Positions 55,004-63,430 of a stretch of DNA of 64,000 nt are shown here, one piece after another. Source of the DNA: an uncultured Kiritimatiellota bacterium. GTDB taxonomy: Bacteria; Verrucomicrobiota; Kiritimatiellia; RFP12; UBA1067. Below the pieces are notes generated by a model that was given only the letters and a program-made list of their open reading frames with translations, had not been told where the DNA came from and made no database searches. Position 1 is the stretch's first letter. Every line of letters begins with the position of its first letter. Position numbers and translations under genes: made by a program. Where the stretch lies: positions 2,297-66,296 of the forward strand of contig CAKULV010000010.1 in NCBI GenBank assembly GCA_934667425.1. The letters are read 5' to 3'.

Positions 55004-57016
55004 CTATCGCACGACGCGCTTCACGGACTGCGCACCCATCGTGACCGCCAGCTCCCCGACCGCGCCGGCGAAGCGGAAGCGCATCGTCTTCTCCGTCAAT
55101 CCGGCATTGACCACAAAGGCCGCCTCGCGCGTGCCCGCTGCGTCCTTGTACACTGTGCCGAACACGTCCGGATCCGGCTGCGAGAAGCGCACCTCGTCCT
55201 CCAGCGTGCCCAGCACGAGGAATTCCCTCCAGTCCCGACGGAGGCAGGCCATCCGGTAGATGAGCGCGGCACGGTCTCGATACCGCTCTTGCATCGGCAC
55301 GAACGGGACGATCCACCCGAATGCCTCCCCCCACACGAGCGTGCGCGCATACTCGCGGAACGCCGTCGCCGCATCGCAGTCGAGCGGCACAGGACGGCCA
55401 TAATGGAGCATGTACCCCGAGTAGACGGCCGGAAAGAGAGGCACGTCGTGCGGCGTGTATGATGTCGCATTCAGGTATACGTCGATCAGGTCGAGCCACA
55501 TCTCGCCCATCTGCTCGCTGACTATGGTCGCTCCGCGTTCCGCGAATGCCCGGCGGATCTCCGTGAACATCTGCCGATACCCCTGCTCCCACCAGCGGCC
55601 GCCGCCGAGCGGATGCCCGTGGGACGAGTCGTAGCATGGTTTCATTGCGGCACACGCGACCTGATCGAAGTAGACGCCGTCCATGCACAAGTCATCGAGA
55701 CAGCGCACAGCGAGGCCTTTCATGACCTGCTGCCATTTCGGGCAATACGGACACATCACGGCAAAATGGTAGTTTGTTCCCCAACTCGCATAGTCTTCGT
55801 TGTGCAGTGACCCATCTTCCTTTTTCGTCGCGTCCATCTGCGCATACGCGAAGCCGCACGTCGCCTTGTCCCAGAGCCGTCCGTTGACGTAGAGTGAAGT
55901 CAGGTAGCCGGCTTTCGACTTGCGGGCCGAAAGCTCCCCTATGCCCTCGAATGCCGGGAAGAACTCGGGGTTGTTGCGGTTCGTGGCCCGGCCGTCTCCG
56001 CAGACCGTCCACTCGCTCCACGTCATGTTCTTGCCGACATTCGGCCATACCTTGTCCATCGCCGCGAACGTCTGCGCGGCAAAGTTCGTGCGGCCGCCGC
56101 CGATGACCCATATGTGCGTGTCGATCGCCTTTTTCGGGAAATCGGAACGAAACGCGATCTTCCCTTTGGACGCCCATCGCTGGCGGAGCGCCCAGTCGCG
56201 ATAGAGGTGCGCCGCCGTCCACCAGTCGCCCATGAACGCGCCGGCCGTGACGGTGTAGCCGGTGTTGCCGGAAGCCCTGCCGGGGACGCCTGCGTTCTCG
56301 ACGAGCGTCTCGAACCAGACCGTCCCGTCAGGCGCCACAGTCATCGTTTTTTCGCGGCATTCGCCATCCTGCGCGGCAATGTACATGCCGGCCTCGCCAG
56401 TCATCAGCGCACACATCTGAAGGCGATCGCTTGGATACGAGAAGCTGAACAACCTGGTGTTCGTTCCGTACTCGGACATCTTCAGGAGCCTTCCTCCAAC
56501 ATTCGCCTTGGATGGCGTAAGCACCGTCGCCGCTGGGTCATCCGCCGAGACGACTCGATTCAGGAACGGATATTGGATTGAATGGAGCGTCCAGACCCCG
56601 CTGCGGTTGCGCACCTGTATCGACCACTCGCTCATTGCGTCTCCGGACGGCAACGCCACGCGGGCCTCCACATCGAACGTCGCATCGTCACCTGGAAGCC
56701 CGACTCCCTTCCATGAGAACGCCACCTCTCCGTCTGACTTCTCCATCTCGCGCATCTGGGCCGTACGACGTTCCGTCACATGGAGAAACACATTGGTTCC
56801 CGCATCCTTGCGAACGAATCGCAATCCCCAGAACGACGGAAAGCTTTTCGTTGGATGGATGAACGAGACTCCACCAGCTTTCCTGTTTATGATTTCACGG
56901 ATGGCAAACGCCTCATTCGATTCGCCAAACACGATTTTCATCGCATCATTCTCGAGCGTGACGGCATGGATGCCTGTCGCGCACAATGCCGCAATGATAA
57001 GGATTTGCCGTTTCAT
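55004..57016 (-). CDS. secreted hypothetical protein (670 aa), probable carbohydrate-active (DUF6259-like; weak)
   Basis: GGAGAA SD and signal peptide MKRQILIIAALCATGIHA. DGVYFDQVACAAMKPCYDSSHGHPLGGGRWW block. Lies in the glycan locus. Confidence 0.55.
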   Translation of the reverse strand: MKRQILIIAALCATGIHAVTLENDAMKIVFGESNEAFAIREIINRKAGGVSFIHPTKSFPSFWGLRFVRKDAGTNVFLHVTERRTAQMREMEKSDGEVAFSWKGVGLPGDDATFDVEARVALPSGDAMSEWSIQVRNRSGVWTLHSIQYPFLNRVVSADDPAATVLTPSKANVGGRLLKMSEYGTNTRLFSFSYPSDRLQMCALMTGEAGMYIAAQDGECREKTMTVAPDGTVWFETLVENAGVPGRASGNTGYTVTAGAFMGDWWTAAHLYRDWALRQRWASKGKIAFRSDFPKKAIDTHIWVIGGGRTNFAAQTFAAMDKVWPNVGKNMTWSEWTVCGDGRATNRNNPEFFPAFEGIGELSARKSKAGYLTSLYVNGRLWDKATCGFAYAQMDATKKEDGSLHNEDYASWGTNYHFAVMCPYCPKWQQVMKGLAVRCLDDLCMDGVYFDQVACAAMKPCYDSSHGHPLGGGRWWEQGYRQMFTEIRRAFAERGATIVSEQMGEMWLDLIDVYLNATSYTPHDVPLFPAVYSGYMLHYGRPVPLDCDAATAFREYARTLVWGEAFGWIVPFVPMQERYRDRAALIYRMACLRRDWREFLVLGTLEDEVRFSQPDPDVFGTVYKDAAGTREAAFVVNAGLTEKTMRFRFAGAVGELAVTMGAQSVKRVVR

Positions 57017-57047
57017 CGTATTTCTCCGATCATTTTCAAAAACATGT

Positions 57048-60000
57048 TCAGCGGATCTGCATCACAAAACCCGGCTGGGGCTTAGTCACCGTAAAGGACC
57101 CCAACCCTGAAATGTACCGGGGATGCGTCGAGGCGTCCGCGACGCCATATATGTTGCGGTTGCCCAAACGCAGCCTCGCGACGTTGACGCTGTTCGTAAA
57201 GTCGAGGCGCACTTGCGCACCGGCTGCCACGCGCACATATGTATCTTCCGGCAGCGTGAACGTCGCCGGTGTCTCGCGTATGCGCGTGATCGAGATGTCA
57301 TCGACAAAGCTCTGCCTATTCTTCGCAAAAGGGTCGTCTGTGGAATGATCCACCGCCCTGACGGAGAAAATGTAGTCGCCCGGCTCATCTACTCGAAAGA
57401 GATACTCGAACCCCTGGAACTGTCGATAAAGCGGCATGGGGTCTATGCGGCCGATTTCGTTCGTGACAATGCCGCCGCTCTTGGCGAGTGTGAACCGGAT
57501 TGGATTCTGGCTCCACTCACCACCATCTATGCGCGAGCGTGCGGCAACCCTCAGACGGTAAAGGCCGGCGCACGGAACCGTGACCGTCTGGTAGTAATGC
57601 GCCTTTGGACCGGACAGCCGCGCGGCATGCGTTCCACTCATGGCCGTCCAGCCATAGGCATTCAGCGGTTCTGTCGTATAGGCGACCTTGGATATGTCAG
57701 TCGTTGGGCGTTTCCACCAGTCATACGATGTATCGTCAAATCCGCCGTCTGACACAAGCTCGCCGTACGTATCGGCGTCATCTGCCACGAACGCAATGTC
57801 GTCAACAAGCGTAAGCGCCGATGTGGTCTGCCGCAGGACAAGCGTCACGGGCTGATCCAACTGGATCGAGAACGGCGTTGGCCAAATCGCATTCGCCATC
57901 AGATGCGACGTTGCCGTGACGGATCCAAGATCGATCTCATTGCCATCCGAGAACACGATCTTGGCCGATATCAGCCCCGCTTCGCCAAGGGAGGTGCCGT
58001 TTGCCCAGTGGGCGCAACGCGAAAGCCCCGCCCTCAGGCGATAGTTGCCGGCTGGCGCCTGGAATGCCGTCGAAGCGCGACCACCATTCCCCGAAAAGGC
58101 CAATGCACCCGCACCCAGCGGACGATCCCAGTAGTTGAAGAGAGGCGTGGGACGCCAAGACGAGCCATTGTTCATGAACGTCGAAAGGCCTGCCGCACCA
58201 GAAAGCGGATGCTCTCCGCTTAAGGGATTGCCTACGCCATCCGTGAATGCCCACCCCTCCACCGGCGTCTCCGCCCGGTAATAGGTGTAGTGGTATGGCG
58301 GCGTATCCGTCTCCAGCGTCGGCTGATATTCGAACGACCCGTTCGGAATCGCAAACGACGCCTCCCTCTCACGCTCGCCGACCAGTGACAAACGCATATC
58401 GTCCAACGTAAGGCCAGGGGGCGTAAGGCCAGAGGGAACCTTCCAATCGTCCTGGGCGCGGAAGATCAGCGTGCGCGTTCCTGCTTGCAGTAACGGAAGT
58501 CGGACACGCACGCGCTGCATCGGGCCGTCATTGACGGCGAAAGAGGCGAAGCGTTGCATATTCTCGTCCGTAATGCCTGTCCCAAGGCAAATCTCGAAGC
58601 GCTGCACGATGTTGGGGTTTGAGTTCCGGACAATGCCGCACCTGTTCCGCGCCATGAAACTTAGCTCGTAGATGCCGTCGGCAGGCAATGTGATTGCCGT
58701 GGCAAGCCTTTGGACGGATGCGACATGGAGAACGGCATTGCCGTCCGCAGGTCCGTAATTGTCCGCGTTTACTCCATAGGCATTCCACGCCCATCCGCCT
58801 CTCGTCATGTACCATCCGGCCCCGCGCCCGGCCCAGCCATTGATGGTCGAATAGTGCAGGCTCTGGCTCCATCCCTTGCCTTCCTGCTCGTCGAACGGCA
58901 TCTCGAAGTCCGCGTTTTCTATGATGCCCGTGACGACGCCGCCGTCCACATAGGCCGGCTCAACGCATTTCGCCTCAAGCTGCAGTACGCCAGACCGAAC
59001 GTCCACAAGCCTCACGCCGCCGTCAACCGCGTTTGCCCTCGCCCAGCCATCGCCGTCCTTGACGACAAGCGTCGCATCGCCTACCGTCGTCCGAGTCAGT
59101 CGAAGGCCTCCCTTCGCCGACGACTCGGCAATGGTCGCCGTCTTGGGATTCCACGCCTCGGCAGTGTATCTGCTGCCTCCGGCGAGCGTAAGCGCGGGAA
59201 GCCGTCCGCCTTGGCGCGAAATGATTGCGCCTGCCTCAATCGTCATGCTCGACGAATCAGGCTTGCCGGAAGAATCCGCGCCCACTACAAGCGTACCTGC
59301 TCCGCGCTTGGTTGCCGTTCCCTCGCCATTGAAGGCGAGCGGCGGCGTTTCGGCGTCTGCGGCAACATCGACGGCGACCGTCGCCGAAGCCGCCACGCCG
59401 ACCGTGCCGACCGGCTTGGGAATCTGCAGCTCCAAAGGATTCTCGTCCACGTCCGTAAAGCGGTTGCGGGGAAGTCTCCACTTCCTCATGAGGTAGCGCT
59501 GCACGTCCAGACGTTGCGCCTCTGTAAGCGCATTCGTAAAGACGAGCGCTTCGGAAATGTAGTCTCCGCCCTGATGGCTATCCATGTTCGTGTCGCTGTA
59601 CATGGTTTCGAAACGTGTGTGAAAGAAGGTGTCCGCCTTCGTCACGATCGGCGCGAAATGGCATTCGAGCAGCTGGAAGCCACGGATCGGCTTCGTGTTC
59701 ATCACGTCCAGAGCCTGCCCGTCGAGAAACGCCGTCGTGGAGAAAAGGTCGGCGGCAAGGTCCCCGCGAGTTTCGAAATACTTCGTGATGTCGGCATACG
59801 GTCGCGTACTCTTCTCCTTTGCGTCTGGGACAAAGCCACCCGAACGGATCTGCAGGGAATACCCTATGGCGGCCCCAAACGTGTCGTAGACGCCATGCAC
59901 GAGGAAGATAGCCTGTATCTTGTCGACCACCTTGCTCCACTGGAGGTATCGGCCTGCGAGGTGGCCTCCGAAATATACGGCCTCGCGGCCATGCTTCGTC

Positions 60001-60509
60001 ACCTTCTCCGGCGGCACGCCATCGTTGCCCTCCGTAGGATGGTACCACCTCGGTTCGGCAAAGACATAGGCAGGCGTCGCGCCAAGAGCGCGCGTCGCCT
60101 CCGGTTCGCGCACGTCGCACCACCTTGCGACAAAAGCGCCGCCCGTTACGACCGTCGAGTCTGGCGTCACCCAGAATGCGGCGTCACGGCACACATCGGG
60201 CGCAGCGGTCTCTTCTTCGGGCCCATCCGCATCCGCCGCCAGTTCGAGCGTCCCACCAAGCGCGGCCATCGAATAGTCCACCTGCGCATCGATCCGCGAA
60301 AGGGGCATTTTCAGGGTGCCGTCGCCTGTCTTGTAGAACTTCGCCGCAGAGTCAATGACGAACTGCCCTTCCGGCGTTTCCGTTCCATTCTCGACATGTG
60401 CGCCTCCAGTCTCGCGGAAACCGACTTTCCGCATGTCCATCGAATGCGCCATTGCACCTGTGGCCAGCATGGCCATGCCGCACACATACATTGCCGAAGC
60501 ACTCTTCAT
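57048..60509 (-). CDS. giant secreted protein: LamG-like N-terminal region, PATR repeat, three CBM/jelly-roll-like modules
   Basis: Start is trimmed to ATG 60509 (MKSASAMYVCGMAMLATGAMA). TKRGAGTLVVG is a PATR-type repeat. Module openings recur as IENADFEMP, IPNGSFEYQP and VSDGGFDD. Ends ..PQPGFVMQIR. Confidence 0.65.
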   Translation of the reverse strand: MKSASAMYVCGMAMLATGAMAHSMDMRKVGFRETGGAHVENGTETPEGQFVIDSAAKFYKTGDGTLKMPLSRIDAQVDYSMAALGGTLELAADADGPEEETAAPDVCRDAAFWVTPDSTVVTGGAFVARWCDVREPEATRALGATPAYVFAEPRWYHPTEGNDGVPPEKVTKHGREAVYFGGHLAGRYLQWSKVVDKIQAIFLVHGVYDTFGAAIGYSLQIRSGGFVPDAKEKSTRPYADITKYFETRGDLAADLFSTTAFLDGQALDVMNTKPIRGFQLLECHFAPIVTKADTFFHTRFETMYSDTNMDSHQGGDYISEALVFTNALTEAQRLDVQRYLMRKWRLPRNRFTDVDENPLELQIPKPVGTVGVAASATVAVDVAADAETPPLAFNGEGTATKRGAGTLVVGADSSGKPDSSSMTIEAGAIISRQGGRLPALTLAGGSRYTAEAWNPKTATIAESSAKGGLRLTRTTVGDATLVVKDGDGWARANAVDGGVRLVDVRSGVLQLEAKCVEPAYVDGGVVTGIIENADFEMPFDEQEGKGWSQSLHYSTINGWAGRGAGWYMTRGGWAWNAYGVNADNYGPADGNAVLHVASVQRLATAITLPADGIYELSFMARNRCGIVRNSNPNIVQRFEICLGTGITDENMQRFASFAVNDGPMQRVRVRLPLLQAGTRTLIFRAQDDWKVPSGLTPPGLTLDDMRLSLVGEREREASFAIPNGSFEYQPTLETDTPPYHYTYYRAETPVEGWAFTDGVGNPLSGEHPLSGAAGLSTFMNNGSSWRPTPLFNYWDRPLGAGALAFSGNGGRASTAFQAPAGNYRLRAGLSRCAHWANGTSLGEAGLISAKIVFSDGNEIDLGSVTATSHLMANAIWPTPFSIQLDQPVTLVLRQTTSALTLVDDIAFVADDADTYGELVSDGGFDDTSYDWWKRPTTDISKVAYTTEPLNAYGWTAMSGTHAARLSGPKAHYYQTVTVPCAGLYRLRVAARSRIDGGEWSQNPIRFTLAKSGGIVTNEIGRIDPMPLYRQFQGFEYLFRVDEPGDYIFSVRAVDHSTDDPFAKNRQSFVDDISITRIRETPATFTLPEDTYVRVAAGAQVRLDFTNSVNVARLRLGNRNIYGVADASTHPRYISGLGSFTVTKPQPGFVMQIR

Positions 60510-60564
60510 CACGTTCAGTCCTTTCCTTTGTTCCCGACTTGATACACCGTTAACTACTTCTCGC

Positions 60565-60572
60565 ATAATACA
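60565..60572 (-). promoter_or_regulatory. extended -10-like box TGTATTAT for the giant CBM/PATR gene
   Basis: Minus-strand TGTATTATG, about 55 nt upstream of ATG 60509. It lies inside the over-extended track ORF. Confidence 0.3.
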
Positions 60573-60595
60573 AAATCCGCCCGTGCCGTACAACC

Positions 60596-60612
60596 CCTCC
60601 TACCGTAGGGGG
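60596..60612. promoter_or_regulatory. 17-nt imperfect palindrome CCTCCTAC-c-GTAGGGGG between divergent promoters
   Basis: Arms match 7 of 8 positions, with a perfect 5-1-5 core CCTACcGTAGG. It sits between the predicted -35 regions of the histidine kinase and giant-protein promoters. Confidence 0.4.
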
Positions 60613-60632
60613 TAGTGACGCAAGTGCGTTTT

Positions 60633-60641
60633 TGGTAGAAT
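60633..60641 (+). promoter_or_regulatory. extended -10 box TGGTAGAAT, 7 nt upstream of the histidine kinase ATG (leaderless-type)
   Basis: Sequence TGGTAGAAT-TGCGGCA-ATG. Confidence 0.45.
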
Positions 60642-60648
60642 TGCGGCA

Positions 60649-62751
60649 ATGTTAATTGTTTCGACTTTCTTTGCGTTGGTGACAACCGCACATTCGCTTA
60701 CCGACGCCCAATTGCACAACCGCAGCGATGTCCCTTTCGATATCACGGCAACCGTTGTCCTGCGCGGCACGCCCGGTACGCGGCATTTCGCCGTGCAGGA
60801 CGGCACTGGGATTGCCTACCTATCCCTTCGCCCCGGATTCCCGAGCGAGACGCTTGCGCTCGGCATGGACGTGCGCGTCACGGGGACTACGGAAAGCGAC
60901 GAGCGCGGGCTTGCCTATGCCGTTTGCGACCGCATCGACCGCTTCGGAATGCACGACTTGCCGCAACCTGTAGACGTCACGCCGTCCGAACTGCTGGACG
61001 GGCAATACCTCCATAAGCGCGTTCGGGTCACGGCAACGGTAAGCGATATCTTCTTCGACGAGATCACGCCGCGCTGGATATATCTGGATCTCGCAGATGG
61101 CTCAAACCACGTCACTGCCGCGCTGATCGTTGGAGGCCCCGCTCCAATTCTTGAAAACCTCATAGGCGTGCGTGTCATCCTTACTGGCATCTTGCTGGAA
61201 CCATTCCACAACGACAGAACACACCTGGGATCGATCCTTACCGCGCACGGCATCGACTCGCTCGTTCCTCTGCAGGATCCCCTTCCTGATCCGTTTGCGG
61301 TTCCCGCCATCCCACCGACAACAGGACTTCGCCCGGACGACTTCAGGACAATTGGCCGGGTGCGGGATTGCGGTGAAGTCATAGCCGTATGGGGGCAGAC
61401 TCACTTTCTCATTCGCAGCTCCACCGGCGAAATCCGTCGAGTAGACCTTCTCCAGCCCCCCGCGCCGGCATGCGGCGACGGCGTGGACGTCGTAGGAGCA
61501 GCGGAGACCGATCTCTACCACGTAAACCTATCCCGTGCGCTTTGGAGGCCAGCAGCCGTCACGAACCACAACGAAGCAGCCACATCGACCATCTCCCTAC
61601 GGGATATTTTCGCAGACGAACAGGGCGACCCATGTATCCGCACCACGTACCACGGCCAGCCGATCGCACTCGTCGGCATTGTCAGAAGCCTGCCCGCAGA
61701 AGGCCTTTCGAACAGTCGCCTCTACCTTGAGAACGATAGTTACATCATGCCGATAGATGTAGGCGCATGCCCCCAATCTATTGGTGGCATCTCAGTGGGA
61801 AGCAGGATAAGGGTAGCGGGCATATGCGTCATAGACGTGCCAAACTGGCAGCCCGACCGCATCGTGCCGCGAATCGAGGACGTCCTGCTTGTCGTGCGCA
61901 CACCACACGACATCACGGTTCTTGACACGCCGTCATGGTGGACGCCACCACGCACATTTGCCGCGCTCGGCGCGTTCACAGTCATCCTATTATGGATCGC
62001 TTTCTGGAACCTTCAGCTCCGGCGGCGTTCGGAACGCCGTGGAAGAGAACTCGCCCGCGAATCGGTCGCCCGCATAGAGTCCGACCTCAAGGCGATCGAG
62101 AGGACGCGCCTCGCCGTCGAATTGCACGACTCCATCTCGCAGTCGCTCACGGGCATTGCCATGGAGATAGAGGCGGCGCTTCAGTTCAAGGAACGGGCGC
62201 ACAGCGAACTCCTCCGTCACCTCGGCATCGCTTGGCGGACGCTTCGCGCCTGCCGTTCCGAACTGCGCAACTGCCTGTGGGACCTCCGCAACCACGCGCT
62301 TGAGGAAGCTAACATGGATACGGCCATCCGCAGATGCCTCTTGCCGCATCTTGCTTCCGTACGGCTCATCGTCCGCTTTGCCGTGCCTCGCAACCGCTTC
62401 ACGGACAATACGGCCTACGCAATCCTATGCATCATCCGCGAATTGACCGTCAACGCCATCCGCCACGGGAAAGCCACCGAGATCAAGGTCGCCGGTCTAA
62501 TAGAGGGAGACCACCTCTCGTTCTCCGTGCGGGACAACGGCTGCGGATTCGACCCGAGTGCGGCCCCCGGCATAGCCCAAGGGCACTTCGGTCTCCAGGG
62601 CATACAGGAACGCATTCACCGTCTGCACGGCGACATGGCGATCAACAGCGCCCCAGGCCGCCACACGCGGGTCTCCGTAACGATACGGTTGCCGCACGAC
62701 GATCACGAACACACGCACGCTCATGAAGAAAATCTCTGTACTTTTGATTGA
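60649..62751 (+). CDS. sensor histidine kinase (HisKA_3/NarX-type) with large N-terminal extracytoplasmic domain
   Basis: An N-terminal leader is followed by about 430 aa of unknown sensor, a TM (FAALGAFTVILLWIAFWNL), the H-box RTRLAVELHDSISQSL and an HATPase (NAIRHG, DNGCGF, GHFGLQGIQER). Confidence 0.85.
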   Translation: MLIVSTFFALVTTAHSLTDAQLHNRSDVPFDITATVVLRGTPGTRHFAVQDGTGIAYLSLRPGFPSETLALGMDVRVTGTTESDERGLAYAVCDRIDRFGMHDLPQPVDVTPSELLDGQYLHKRVRVTATVSDIFFDEITPRWIYLDLADGSNHVTAALIVGGPAPILENLIGVRVILTGILLEPFHNDRTHLGSILTAHGIDSLVPLQDPLPDPFAVPAIPPTTGLRPDDFRTIGRVRDCGEVIAVWGQTHFLIRSSTGEIRRVDLLQPPAPACGDGVDVVGAAETDLYHVNLSRALWRPAAVTNHNEAATSTISLRDIFADEQGDPCIRTTYHGQPIALVGIVRSLPAEGLSNSRLYLENDSYIMPIDVGACPQSIGGISVGSRIRVAGICVIDVPNWQPDRIVPRIEDVLLVVRTPHDITVLDTPSWWTPPRTFAALGAFTVILLWIAFWNLQLRRRSERRGRELARESVARIESDLKAIERTRLAVELHDSISQSLTGIAMEIEAALQFKERAHSELLRHLGIAWRTLRACRSELRNCLWDLRNHALEEANMDTAIRRCLLPHLASVRLIVRFAVPRNRFTDNTAYAILCIIRELTVNAIRHGKATEIKVAGLIEGDHLSFSVRDNGCGFDPSAAPGIAQGHFGLQGIQERIHRLHGDMAINSAPGRHTRVSVTIRLPHDDHEHTHAHEENLCTFD

Positions 62752-63343
62752 CGATCACGCCGTCATGCGCATGGGGCTCGCCGCCCTTCTCGGCACGCAG
62801 CATGGGATCACCGTCGTCGGCGACACTGGCGATGGGCAGACTGGCCTCCAAATGGCCGTCAGGCTCAAGCCCGATGTCGCGATAGTAGACCTGATGATGC
62901 CGGAAATGGATGGCGTGGAGTTCACCCGACGTCTGGTCAGGCAGTCCCCTGGCGCAAAGGTACTGATACTGACGAGCTTCGGCACTGCCGACGGCATCGC
63001 ACATGCGCTCGCCGCCGGAGCCTCCGGCGCCATCATAAAGACGACCGAGCTGCCGGAACTCCTTGCCGCAATTCGCGCCGTCGCCGCTGGCGAAAAAGCC
63101 ATATCGCCGGAGATCCGTCAGATCTTGAAGAGCGACCAGCCGATCCCAACGCTCTCATCCAGACAGAGCGAAATCCTCGAATCCGTCACGCAAGGGTTCT
63201 CAAACGAGGAAATCGCCACCCGGCTGGGCATCAGCGTACCCATGGTAAAGGAACACCTGAACCTCGTCTTTTCCAAGATTGGGGCGGCAAACAGAACCGA
63301 AGCCGTCGCAATCGCGTTTCGCAAGCACCTGCTGAAGATTTAG
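62723..63343 (+). CDS. NarL/FixJ-family response regulator (REC + LuxR-type HTH)
   Basis: VLLIDDH, DVAIVDLMMPEMDG and LTSF..K are present, plus the HTH LSSRQSEILESVTQGFSNEEIATRLGISVPMVKEHL. Overlaps the kinase end by 29 nt. Confidence 0.9.
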   Translation: MKKISVLLIDDHAVMRMGLAALLGTQHGITVVGDTGDGQTGLQMAVRLKPDVAIVDLMMPEMDGVEFTRRLVRQSPGAKVLILTSFGTADGIAHALAAGASGAIIKTTELPELLAAIRAVAAGEKAISPEIRQILKSDQPIPTLSSRQSEILESVTQGFSNEEIATRLGISVPMVKEHLNLVFSKIGAANRTEAVAIAFRKHLLKI

Positions 63344-63414
63344 CGGCAAGCCCAGATCGACATCCGGAATTTTTGTAATAACTGTACGTTAACTTATGCT
63401 TTCTGCACGCTTTG

Positions 63415-63423
63415 TGCTATATT
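63415..63423 (+). promoter_or_regulatory. extended -10 box TGCTATATT, 7 nt upstream of the XylR-like ATG (leaderless-type)
   Basis: Sequence TGCTATATT-CCTTCGC-ATG. Confidence 0.4.
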
Positions 63424-63430
63424 CCTTCGC

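Noticed and set aside
57048-57092. PGF-CTERM (archaeosortase) or PEP-CTERM signal, because the tail contains P-G-F.
   Set aside because: Only 5 residues follow the PGF. There is no transmembrane helix or basic cluster, so it does not fit those signals. The tail is kept as a separate, undefined motif in the findings.
60510-60648. Replication origin at the divergent strand switch.
   Set aside because: There are no DnaA-box-like TTATCCACA repeats, no AT-rich unwinding element and no dnaA/dnaN nearby. The region is adequately explained as a divergent promoter.
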